Of a stretch of DNA of 64,000 bases, positions 38,076 through 46,711 are shown piece after piece. Source of the stretch: a virus; IMG/VR virus record IMGVR_UViG_3300011335_000900, positions 1 through 64,000 of that record, one strand, 5' to 3'. The translations under genes and the position numbers were made by a program. A model generated the notes under the pieces. It worked only from the letters and a program-made list of their open reading frames with translations. It made no database searches and was not told where the DNA came from. Every line of letters begins with the position of its first letter. Positions within the stretch are counted from its first letter, which is position 1.

Positions 38076-39353
38076 ATGCCATCAATTAGAAAACCACAAC
38101 CAAAATCTCAAAAAGAGATATCAAATGGTTTAGTAGATCCTTATGTCTCTCCGGAAACAGGCCAATCTTTAGGCAACCCAAATACTCAAACAGAATTTAA
38201 TCAATTTTCTGCAAATGATCAAAATGGAGTTGATTTTAATAGATCTAATCAAATGTCATTTAAAGGTGACACAACAAAACCATTTACTTTAGGTTTACAG
38301 GATATAGATGAGTCAATAATGTATTATTTTCAAAATGTTATTAGACCTACAGTTTTACAAAATGGAGTAAAAATACCGGTACCTATTATATATGGTTCTC
38401 CTGAAAGATGGAAATCTACTCAAAAAGATGGATACTATAAAGATAAAAATGGTGCAATTATGTCTCCTTTAATTATGTTTAAACGAGATACAATTGATAA
38501 AAACCGTTCTCTTACAAATAAATTAGATGCTAATACACCCCATTTATATACATCTTTTAAAAAAACATATAATTTAAAAAATGATTATTCAAATTTTAAC
38601 ATATTAAATAATAGAATCCCAACTGAACAATTTATAGTAAATGTAGTACCTGATTATGTAACTTTAACATATAGTTGTACTATTCAAACATACTATGTTG
38701 AACAGCTAAATAAAATAATTGAGGCCGTTAACTATGCCTCCGATTCATATTGGGGAGATCCAGAACGTTTTAAATTTAAAGCATCTATTGATTCATATGC
38801 AACCACTGTAGAAATTACAGATAATACAAATAGAATTGTAAAAGGAACATTTACTATTAAATTATTTGGTTATGTAGTACCTGACACAATTCAAAAAGAA
38901 TTGACAGCAATTAAAAAATATAATAGTAAATCTCAAGTTATTATTGGTTTAGAAACAGTTAATGGAGTATCTGAATTTGTTTCTTCTGGAAAGAAAAAAT
39001 CTGCAACCTCGTTCCCACTTACTCCTTCTAGTGGTGGTGGTGGAGGTGGCGGAGGAACTATTAATCCTGCTACTTTAACGTATTTAAATACTAATATACA
39101 AAAATTAGGAACATTAGTTAATTCAACTACAATAACATTTGCTAGTGATTGGATTCCTTCTCCTGTAGGCCTCCCAGCAACCTCTATTAATAATTTTTCT
39201 ATATTCTGTAATGGTACTTTAATTGAAAATACTGCTATAGTTTCCTTTACTGAAAGTGGAGGTATAACAACATTAGTAATTAATCCATCATTATTAGAAT
39301 ATAGTTTTAATTCAAATGATGAAGTTATAGCAATTGGAAAATTTAGTAGTTAA
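38076..39353 (+). CDS. Tail terminator/sheath stabiliser (T4 gp15-like) with C-terminal extension
   Basis: KIPVPIIYGSPERW; PDYVTLTY...EQLNKIIE; poly-Gly linker before an extra beta domain. Confidence 0.65.
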   Translation: MPSIRKPQPKSQKEISNGLVDPYVSPETGQSLGNPNTQTEFNQFSANDQNGVDFNRSNQMSFKGDTTKPFTLGLQDIDESIMYYFQNVIRPTVLQNGVKIPVPIIYGSPERWKSTQKDGYYKDKNGAIMSPLIMFKRDTIDKNRSLTNKLDANTPHLYTSFKKTYNLKNDYSNFNILNNRIPTEQFIVNVVPDYVTLTYSCTIQTYYVEQLNKIIEAVNYASDSYWGDPERFKFKASIDSYATTVEITDNTNRIVKGTFTIKLFGYVVPDTIQKELTAIKKYNSKSQVIIGLETVNGVSEFVSSGKKKSATSFPLTPSSGGGGGGGGTINPATLTYLNTNIQKLGTLVNSTTITFASDWIPSPVGLPATSINNFSIFCNGTLIENTAIVSFTESGGITTLVINPSLLEYSFNSNDEVIAIGKFSS

Positions 39354-39379
39354 CGTTTAATATTTATGATAAAATGGCA
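39350..39379 (+). repeat. 30-nt direct repeat, copy 1 (late motif plus start codon)
   Basis: TTAACGTTTAATATTTATGATAAAATGGCA; copy 2 at 40509-40538 differs by one base. Confidence 0.8.
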
Positions 39380-40492
39380 TTAATTAAACCGGAACAGTTA
39401 AGATCAGGTTCATATAATATAACAGGATCATTATTTGGAACTGCTTCATATGCAACACAAGCATTAACTGCTTCATTTTCTCAAAATGCTCAAACTTCTT
39501 CATTTACTTTAAGTTCAAGCTTTGCTACAAATGGATTCCCTTTTACAGGAAACGCAATTATAACAGGCTCCCTAGGTGTAACAGGTTCAATTTCTACATC
39601 CGGTTCAAACGGTACCATCAATGGTTTATTTGTAAGCAGAGGTAATGGAAACGTTTCTACAAATATCTCAATTGGTTCAACAACAAACTTTAGCTCCTCT
39701 GCAACAGGCACACATAATTTTGCAGCAGGAAGTGGATCTTTAAGCAAAAATACAACAGGAAACACTAATACAGCAATAGGATATAGAGCTTTATCCCAAA
39801 ATACAACAGGAAATCTCAATACAGCAATAGGATGTAATGCTTTGCTATCTAATACAATAGGAGGATTTAACACAGCAATAGGATATGCTGCTTTACGCAA
39901 TAATACAACAGGAACTAACAATACCGCAATAGGATGTAGAGCTTTATGTTCTAATTGTACAGGGTGTCACAACTCATCAATAGGAGCTTGTACTTTACTT
40001 AATAATACAACAGGATGCCACAATACAGCAATAGGAAATTGTGCTTTAATTTGCAATACAACAGGACCCAACAACACAGCAATAGGACTTAGTGCTTTAG
40101 GTAATAATACAACAGGATGCCACAATATTGCAATAGGTCAGAATACTTTAGTAAATTCTCTAACAGGATCTAATAATATAGCATTTGGTCAAAATGCAGG
40201 ATGTTCATTTTTTGGAAGTTCCTTAAACAATATAGTAATTGGAAATGGAGCAGGTCCTTTAACATTAACAGATGAAAGCAACAAATTATATATTGCTTCG
40301 GGTTCCGGCACACCATTAATAAAAGGTGACTTTACTTGCAAAGGAGTATCTATAAATTCATTTTTAAATCTTTTAGGATCAGATCCACTCCCAACATCAG
40401 GTGAATTTAGTTGTGATGGTACCATAGCATTTTCTTCAAGTGGGAACTTTTTCTTTAGAAGTGCAAGTGCATGGTCTAAATTAAATCTATAA
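39374..40492 (+). CDS. Fibre/adhesin-like virion protein with 17-aa repeats
   Basis: About 9-10 repeats of NTTGxxNTAIGxxALxx (51-nt period), resembling trimeric beta-roll adhesin heads. Confidence 0.7.
   Translation: MALIKPEQLRSGSYNITGSLFGTASYATQALTASFSQNAQTSSFTLSSSFATNGFPFTGNAIITGSLGVTGSISTSGSNGTINGLFVSRGNGNVSTNISIGSTTNFSSSATGTHNFAAGSGSLSKNTTGNTNTAIGYRALSQNTTGNLNTAIGCNALLSNTIGGFNTAIGYAALRNNTTGTNNTAIGCRALCSNCTGCHNSSIGACTLLNNTTGCHNTAIGNCALICNTTGPNNTAIGLSALGNNTTGCHNIAIGQNTLVNSLTGSNNIAFGQNAGCSFFGSSLNNIVIGNGAGPLTLTDESNKLYIASGSGTPLIKGDFTCKGVSINSFLNLLGSDPLPTSGEFSCDGTIAFSSSGNFFFRSASAWSKLNL
39698..40206 (+). repeat. Coding tandem repeat, 51-nt period
   Basis: AATACAACAGGA...AATACAGCAATAGGA recurs every 51 nt (39749, 39800, 39851...). 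Confidence 0.8.
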
Positions 40493-40508
40493 TTGTAATA
40501 AAATATAT

Positions 40509-40538
40509 TTAACGTTTAATATTTATAATAAAATGGCA
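40509..40538 (+). repeat. 30-nt direct repeat, copy 2
   Basis: TTAACGTTTAATATTTATAATAAAATGGCA. Confidence 0.8.
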
Positions 40539-40679
40539 GCAAAAGCAAAATCACAAGCAACAATTTCATTTGTAAGAAAACCTAAAGTAAAAAGACCAGG
40601 CGTTCATGCTAAAACAAAATATAGCAAAAGTAAAAGTAGTAAAAACTATGTTAAACCATATGTGGCTCAAGGAAAATAA
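40533..40679 (+). CDS. Small highly basic protein (48 aa), not in ORF track
   Basis: MAAKAKSQATISFVRKPKVKRPGVHAKTKYSKSKSSKNYVKPYVAQGK; has its own late motif at 40519. Confidence 0.65.
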   Translation: MAAKAKSQATISFVRKPKVKRPGVHAKTKYSKSKSSKNYVKPYVAQGK

Positions 40680-40720
40680 ATTTATATATTTATTAACATA
40701 ACGTTATAAATAAAAAAATT

Positions 40721-40993
40721 ATGCCAATTATCCAAGAAGTTACAGAAAAAAAATTTTTAACAGAAGAAGAAAAAACTACATTAAAAGACTTACAAACCAA
40801 AACAGAATCTATAGTAGTAGAGTTAGGTGAAATATCACTAATTAAAATTCAGATTGAAAACAGATATGAAACTGCAAAATCATACCTAACAGAGATATCA
40901 AATCAAGAAAAAGAATTTACAAAATCTTTATTTGATAAATATGGAAAGTTTAATCTAGACCCAGAAACAGGCGAAATTATTAAATCAAATTAA
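40721..40993 (+). CDS. Small coiled-coil protein (possible fibre chaperone)
   Basis: Heptad-rich; ends KYGKFNLDPETGEI; late motif at 40686. Confidence 0.5.
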   Translation: MPIIQEVTEKKFLTEEEKTTLKDLQTKTESIVVELGEISLIKIQIENRYETAKSYLTEISNQEKEFTKSLFDKYGKFNLDPETGEIIKSN

Positions 40994-41040
40994 TATATTC
41001 AAATTTTTGCCATATTTATAATAAAAATAATTTATAACAA

Positions 41041-42801
41041 ATGGCGGAAACAATCGTATCACCTGGTGTATTAGCTATAGAAAATGATCAATCATTTATA
41101 ACACAACAACCTGTACAAGCTGGTGCTGCTATTATAGGCCCAACACCAAAAGGTAAAGTTGGTATTCCTGTTTTATGTACTACTTATAGTGATTATTTAA
41201 ATAAATTTGGCTCTACATTTTTAAGTGGTAGTCAAACTTACACATATTTTACCTCTATTGCAGCATATAACTATTTTAATAGTGGAGGAAATACACTATT
41301 AGTAACACGTGTAGTAAGTGGTAGCACATCTTTAGATTGGACTCCTGCTACATCATCATTTATATCATCATCTGCTCATTCTGCAGGTTCTCCATATAAT
41401 ACATCTCCTTTTATACTAGAAACTCTATCTGAGGGAATAATAATGAACAGCACGGGTCCTACAGGCTCATTTGGAACATTATTAAGTGGATCAGCTGATA
41501 ATTTTAGATGGCAAATAGCATCCCCAAATATAAATGATGGAACTTTTTCTTTACTTATTAGACAAGGAAATGACTCAGATATTAATCAATCCGTTGTAGA
41601 AAGTTGGGGTCCATTATCATTAGATCCTTTTGCTGCAAATTATATTGAAAAAGTAATAGGAAATCAAGTTGAAACTATTCTTTCAGATAATAATGAATAC
41701 TATATTCAATTAACTGGAAGTTATCAAAATAATTCCTCTATCATTAGAGTTAAACAAGTTAACCAAACTACTCCAAATTATTTAGATAATAATGGAGTTT
41801 TCCAACCTCAATTTACTGGATCACTTCCAATAACATCAAGTGGAACTTTTGGATCAGCTAAAGGAACTAACATTCCATCGGTAGCAGGTAATTATTATGA
41901 AACTATAACATCAAATAATATCCAAGGTCTTACAGCAAATGCATATACTGAATCTATTTCTTTATTAGCAAATAAAGATGCATATAAATACAATGTATTA
42001 GTTGCCCCAGGATTAATAAGTTCTCACGCTTTTGCTGGTAATTCTAGTTTTGCTGCTATTACACAAATTCAAACCACAGTACAAGAAAGAGGAGATGCTA
42101 TAGCTGTTATAGATTTAGTACCATATAATGCTACAATAGGTACTGTAACTTCAACAGTATCATCATACAATACACCATATATGGCTACTTATTGGCCTTG
42201 GTTAAAAACATTAGATCCTAATACAGCTAATCAAGTATGGGTTCCCGCTTCAACAATGATTCCTAGTGTATATGCTTTCAATGATAGTGTTGCTGCACCT
42301 TGGTTTGCACCCGCTGGTATAAACAGAGGTATTTTACCAACTGTTATTCAAGCTGAACGTATTTTAACTCAAGGAAATAGAGATACTTTATACCAATCAA
42401 ATGTAAATGCTATTGCAACATTTCCAGGAGCTGGAATTGTAGTATTTGGACAAAAAACATTACAAAAGAAAAAAAGTGCATTAGACCGTGTGAATGTAAG
42501 ACGTTTATTAATTGAGTTAAAAAATTATATATCTCAAGTAGCAGATACATTTGTATTTGAACAAAATGATGCAAATACACGAAGTGAATTATTATCAATA
42601 ATTAATCCTTATTTATCATCTATTCAACAACAACAAGGTTTAACTAGTTTTAAAGTAATTATGGATGAATCAAATAATCCACCCTCAGTTGTAGATCAAA
42701 ACCAATTAGTTGGACAAATTTATTTACAACCTACTAGAACAATTGAATTTATCCTTTTAGATTTTAATATTTTACCTACAGGTGCAGTATTCCCTGCTTA
42801 G
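41041..42801 (+). CDS. Tail sheath protein 1
   Basis: SPGV; AAIIGPT; YWPW; PWFAPAGINRG; VVFGQKTLQ; DRVNVRRLL; QPTRTIEFI. Confidence 0.93.
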   Translation: MAETIVSPGVLAIENDQSFITQQPVQAGAAIIGPTPKGKVGIPVLCTTYSDYLNKFGSTFLSGSQTYTYFTSIAAYNYFNSGGNTLLVTRVVSGSTSLDWTPATSSFISSSAHSAGSPYNTSPFILETLSEGIIMNSTGPTGSFGTLLSGSADNFRWQIASPNINDGTFSLLIRQGNDSDINQSVVESWGPLSLDPFAANYIEKVIGNQVETILSDNNEYYIQLTGSYQNNSSIIRVKQVNQTTPNYLDNNGVFQPQFTGSLPITSSGTFGSAKGTNIPSVAGNYYETITSNNIQGLTANAYTESISLLANKDAYKYNVLVAPGLISSHAFAGNSSFAAITQIQTTVQERGDAIAVIDLVPYNATIGTVTSTVSSYNTPYMATYWPWLKTLDPNTANQVWVPASTMIPSVYAFNDSVAAPWFAPAGINRGILPTVIQAERILTQGNRDTLYQSNVNAIATFPGAGIVVFGQKTLQKKKSALDRVNVRRLLIELKNYISQVADTFVFEQNDANTRSELLSIINPYLSSIQQQQGLTSFKVIMDESNNPPSVVDQNQLVGQIYLQPTRTIEFILLDFNILPTGAVFPA

Positions 42802-42847
42802 TAGTATACTTTAATAAAAAAATCAATATTTATAATAAAAAAATAAA

Positions 42848-44569
42848 ATGGCAAACTTTACAGTATCACCTGGTGTAACCACTAATGAATTAGATCAAAC
42901 ATTTTTAACAGGACAACCTGTGCAAGCTGGAGCCGCTATTATAGGCCCAACAGTTAAAGGTCCTTTTGAAGTACCAACATTAGTAACTTCATACTCACAA
43001 TATACATCATTATTTGGAGATTCATTCGTAAGTGGAGGAATAAATTATTCATATTTAACCTCAATTGCTGCATATAATTATTTTAATTATGGAGGATCTT
43101 CATTATTAGTAGCTAGAGTAGCAAGTGGATCATTTACCTCAGCAACATCTACTTTAATACCAACTGGTTCTGGAACTCCTAATGGAACTTTAGGTTTATC
43201 CCCATTTGTTCTAGAAACAATTTCACAAGGAATTATTATGAATAGTTCCGGATCAGAAATTAATGGAGCTTTAGTTAGTGGTTCAAAAGATAATATACGA
43301 TTTGAAACTACTAATTTAAATACAGGATCAGGTACATTTAATGTATTAATTAGACAAGGAAACGATACAACAAATAATAAAAATATACTTGAATCATTTA
43401 ATGGAGTTAATTTAGATCCAAATTCAGATCGTTTTATTTCTTTAGTAATTGGTGATCAAAAATTAGCATATAATTCAACAAATGTTCAAATGGAATTATC
43501 TGGAAGCTATCCAAATAATTCAAGATATGTAAGAGTTAAATCTGTTAACTATTCTACCCCAACTTATTTAGATTCAAACGGAAATATTTTAAACAATTTA
43601 TATACAGGATCTCTTCCATTAAATGGAAGTGGTTCATTTAGTGGTGCTACTGGTACAGTTGCCGCAAACGTAGGAGCATCAATGTATGAAAATATATCTA
43701 CTATAACACAAGGATTAACATCCGGTTCTTATGATAATATGGTTGCTTTATTTGGTAATCAAGAAGCATATCAATTTAATTTACTATTTACCCCAGGTCT
43801 ATTAAACGACAAACATGCCTCAGTAGTATCTACAATTATTACAAATACTCAAAATAGAGGAGATAATTTATATGTACTAGATTTAATTGATTACAATGGT
43901 ACAGTTTCATCTATTATAACGCAAGCACAAACCAGAAACACATCATATGCTGCCTCATATTGGCCTTGGGTTCGTATCGTTGATCCTGCAACAGGAAAAC
44001 AAATATGGGTACCGGCTTCAACTGTAATTCCAGGAGTATATGCTTTTAATGATAAAGTATCTGCACCTTGGTTTGCACCCGCAGGAATAAATCGTGGTGG
44101 ATTATCTACAGTATTACAAGCTCAATTTAAATTAACTCAAGCTAATAAAGATTCATTATATAGTAATAACATTAACCCATTAGCTACATTACCTAAAAAT
44201 GGTGTTGTAGTATTTGGACAAAAAACATTACAAAAACAATCATCTGCTCTTGATCGTGTAAACGTAAGACGTTTGATGATTGAAATGAAGAATTATATTC
44301 GTCAAATTGCAGATACAGTAGTATTTGAACAAAATACAATAGCAACAAGAAATTCATTTGTAGCTAGAGTAACTCCATTTTTAGAAGGCATTCAACAAAA
44401 ACAAGGATTATATGCTTATAAAATAATAATGGATGATTCAAATAATGGACCAGCAGTAATTGACCAAAATCAATTAGTAGGTCAAATTTATATTCAACCA
44501 ACTAGAACAGCAGAATTTATTTCATTGGATTTTATCTTATTACCAACAGGAGCTGAATTTCCTGGATAA
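42848..44569 (+). CDS. Tail sheath protein 2
   Basis: Same sheath motifs as 41041..42801; full-length paralogue with its own late motif at 42826. Confidence 0.93.
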   Translation: MANFTVSPGVTTNELDQTFLTGQPVQAGAAIIGPTVKGPFEVPTLVTSYSQYTSLFGDSFVSGGINYSYLTSIAAYNYFNYGGSSLLVARVASGSFTSATSTLIPTGSGTPNGTLGLSPFVLETISQGIIMNSSGSEINGALVSGSKDNIRFETTNLNTGSGTFNVLIRQGNDTTNNKNILESFNGVNLDPNSDRFISLVIGDQKLAYNSTNVQMELSGSYPNNSRYVRVKSVNYSTPTYLDSNGNILNNLYTGSLPLNGSGSFSGATGTVAANVGASMYENISTITQGLTSGSYDNMVALFGNQEAYQFNLLFTPGLLNDKHASVVSTIITNTQNRGDNLYVLDLIDYNGTVSSIITQAQTRNTSYAASYWPWVRIVDPATGKQIWVPASTVIPGVYAFNDKVSAPWFAPAGINRGGLSTVLQAQFKLTQANKDSLYSNNINPLATLPKNGVVVFGQKTLQKQSSALDRVNVRRLMIEMKNYIRQIADTVVFEQNTIATRNSFVARVTPFLEGIQQKQGLYAYKIIMDDSNNGPAVIDQNQLVGQIYIQPTRTAEFISLDFILLPTGAEFPG

Positions 44570-44621
44570 AAAATTAAATTATTAAATATTTATAATAAAA
44601 CAAAATTAAAATAAAAACAAA

Positions 44622-45110
44622 ATGGCAATTTTAAATCCGAACGAAATATTTTTTACCGCGTTTGAACCAAAACAATCTAATCGCTTTATCCTTTATATGG
44701 ATGGTATTCCATCATTTTTAGTAAAAGGAGTTGGAGGAATAAATGTAGCTCAAACAGCAGTTGCTCTTAATCACATTAACGTTCAACGTTATGTAAAAGG
44801 AAAAACTATTTGGGGTGCAATTTCAATGACTTTATTTGAATCTATTACACCATCTGGAGCACAAGCAGTAATGGAATGGATACGTTTAGGTCACGAATCA
44901 GTAACTGGTAGAGATGGTTATTCTGATTTCTATAAAAAAGATTTAACATTTAATGTACTTGGCCCTGTTGGAGATATTGTTTCAGAATGGATAATCAAAG
45001 GAGCAGTAGTTACAAGTGCTAACTTTGGAGATTACAATTGGGATGATGATGGAACAGTAGTAAATATTGCTTTAGAAGTACAACCAGATTATTGTATCTT
45101 AAACTACTAA
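44622..45110 (+). CDS. Tail tube protein (T4 gp19-like)
   Basis: FEPKQSNRF; YVKGKTIW; AVMEW; YKKDL...LGPVGDIVSEW; follows the sheaths. Confidence 0.88.
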   Translation: MAILNPNEIFFTAFEPKQSNRFILYMDGIPSFLVKGVGGINVAQTAVALNHINVQRYVKGKTIWGAISMTLFESITPSGAQAVMEWIRLGHESVTGRDGYSDFYKKDLTFNVLGPVGDIVSEWIIKGAVVTSANFGDYNWDDDGTVVNIALEVQPDYCILNY

Positions 45111-45134
45111 AATTAAAATTAAAAATAATTATAT

Positions 45135-45170
45135 AAGCTTCAACGTTTTCGTTGGAGCTTTTATTTTTTT
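45135..45170 (+). terminator. Intrinsic terminator after the tube gene
   Basis: AAGCTTCAACG-TTTT-CGTTGGAGCTT (11 bp, one G-U) followed by TTATTTTTTT. Confidence 0.8.
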
Positions 45171-45182
45171 ATTGTATATTAT
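45152..45182 (+). promoter_or_regulatory. Putative sigma70-type promoter overlapping the terminator
   Basis: TTGG-N19-TATATTAT, the same geometry as 20096. Confidence 0.35.
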
Positions 45183-45238
45183 CACATTAACACGTTAATT
45201 AAACTATATCTACCCATATTTATAACATATACCATAAC

Positions 45239-45610
45239 ATGAAATTAGATAATTTACGTGCGCTAGTAAAAGAGACATTAAACCATCGTTTAACTGAGGA
45301 ATACCAAGATAAGTTTAAAATGATAGGTATGCTTATTACCAACATTGATTTAAGACCACAAAAAGAAATATACTCAGATATTCGTTCTATCCCCGGTGTT
45401 ACAGTTATATCATCTAAAGAACCTTTAGAATTTAGTCAACAAGACCAATCTAAATTTCAAGCTATAATGACTGTTAAAGTAGATGGACATCCTTGGATTG
45501 CAAAAGGTGGATTTGATAGATCAAAAATGCAAGAAATACGAAAAGAAATATTAAAAGTAGAAGGAGTTTTATCATTTAACGTAAACCCTGATAATATTAC
45601 TACTCTTTAA
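45239..45610 (+). CDS. Small tagged protein, possible ferredoxin-like (ACT/Lrp-type) fold
   Basis: MKLDNLRALVKETLNHRLTEE tag; repeated IRSIPGV / ILKVEGV elements. Confidence 0.5.
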   Translation: MKLDNLRALVKETLNHRLTEEYQDKFKMIGMLITNIDLRPQKEIYSDIRSIPGVTVISSKEPLEFSQQDQSKFQAIMTVKVDGHPWIAKGGFDRSKMQEIRKEILKVEGVLSFNVNPDNITTL

Positions 45611-45652
45611 TATATGTATATAAGACAAATAAAGTTATATTAAATAAAAATT

Positions 45653-46384
45653 ATGGACGAAAAATTTAAATTACCAACAGAAATCATTGAATTACCCTCA
45701 AAAGGTTTACTTTACCCTGAAGATTCTGAATTAGCAAAAGGTACTCTTGAAATGAAATATATGACCGCTAAGGAAGAGGATATTTTAACAAATCAATCAT
45801 ATATTAAAAATGGTACTGTTCTAGATAAGTTAATGAAATCTTTAATTGTTTCAAAAATTAACTTTGATGATTTATTAATTGGAGACAAAAACGCTATAAT
45901 GGTTTCAGCTCGTATTTTAGGATATGGATCAGAATATTCATTTGAACATAATGGTGAAACTCAAACAATAGATTTATCTTCCTTAGAAAATAAACCACTT
46001 AAAGAAGAATTATATAAAAATCGTTTAAATGAATTTGAATTTACTTTACCACACTCAAAAAACTCAGTTACATTTAAACTTTTAACGCATAAAGATGAAC
46101 AAGATATTAGTCGTGAGTTAGAAGGACTTAAAAAAATTAATAAAGATTCTTCAACTGAACTTTCAACACGTTTAAAATATCTAATTACTTCTGTGGAGGG
46201 AAGTAGGGAAAAAAAAGATATTCGAGAATTTGTAGAAAATTATTTCTTAGCCAAAGATTCACGGGCACTAAGAGAATATATTAAAGAAATTCAACCAGAT
46301 GTTGATTTAACTTTTTTTCCCGACAACGGGAGCGACAGAACTAGTATCCCAATTGGGGTTGGCTTTTTTTGGCCTGACATCTGA
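45653..46384 (+). CDS. Baseplate-hub/tail assembly chaperone (T4 gp26-like)
   Basis: IELPSKG; MTAKEEDIL; LLIGDKNAI..ARI.GYG; ends FFWP; lies between tube and tape measure. Confidence 0.7.
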   Translation: MDEKFKLPTEIIELPSKGLLYPEDSELAKGTLEMKYMTAKEEDILTNQSYIKNGTVLDKLMKSLIVSKINFDDLLIGDKNAIMVSARILGYGSEYSFEHNGETQTIDLSSLENKPLKEELYKNRLNEFEFTLPHSKNSVTFKLLTHKDEQDISRELEGLKKINKDSSTELSTRLKYLITSVEGSREKKDIREFVENYFLAKDSRALREYIKEIQPDVDLTFFPDNGSDRTSIPIGVGFFWPDI

Positions 46385-46673
46385 TAATATTGCTCCTGCT
46401 AGAGCATCATTATTTTCTCAAATACATCAAATAGTTTTTCACGGAAAAGGAGGATATGATTGGCATACTGTTTACAATATGCCAATTTGGCTTCGTCGTT
46501 TTACTTTTAATGAAATTAAAAAACATTTTGAAGAGGAAAATGAATCTATACAAAATCAATCTAGAGGAAAAAGCTCAAATACAAAAACTGTAATTGATTC
46601 AGACGGTAAAGTTAAACTTCCAAATTTACTCCAAAAACCCGCTAATAGCAAAAAACCTATTAAATACGGTTAA
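46353..46673 (+). CDS. Second chaperone ORF (T4 gp51-like), probably expressed by frameshift from the upstream gene
   Basis: HGKGGYDWHTVYNMPIWLRRF motif; no ATG before residue 43; overlaps the upstream ORF in the +1 frame at a T7 run. Confidence 0.6.
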   Translation: MGLAFFGLTSDNIAPARASLFSQIHQIVFHGKGGYDWHTVYNMPIWLRRFTFNEIKKHFEEENESIQNQSRGKSSNTKTVIDSDGKVKLPNLLQKPANSKKPIKYG

Positions 46674-46711
46674 AAATGTTAATATTTAATATTTATAACA
46701 AAATATTTTAA

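Noticed and set aside
39698-40206. 51-nt periodic repeat as a CRISPR array or DGR template/variable pair
   Set aside because: It is in-frame coding repetition with synonymous variation, and there is no RT or non-coding template copy in the window.
46312-46344. -1 frameshift at T TTT TTT (46312-46318)
   Set aside because: The -1 frame hits TAG at 46342 after a few codons; only the +1/-2 frame reaches the downstream ORF.
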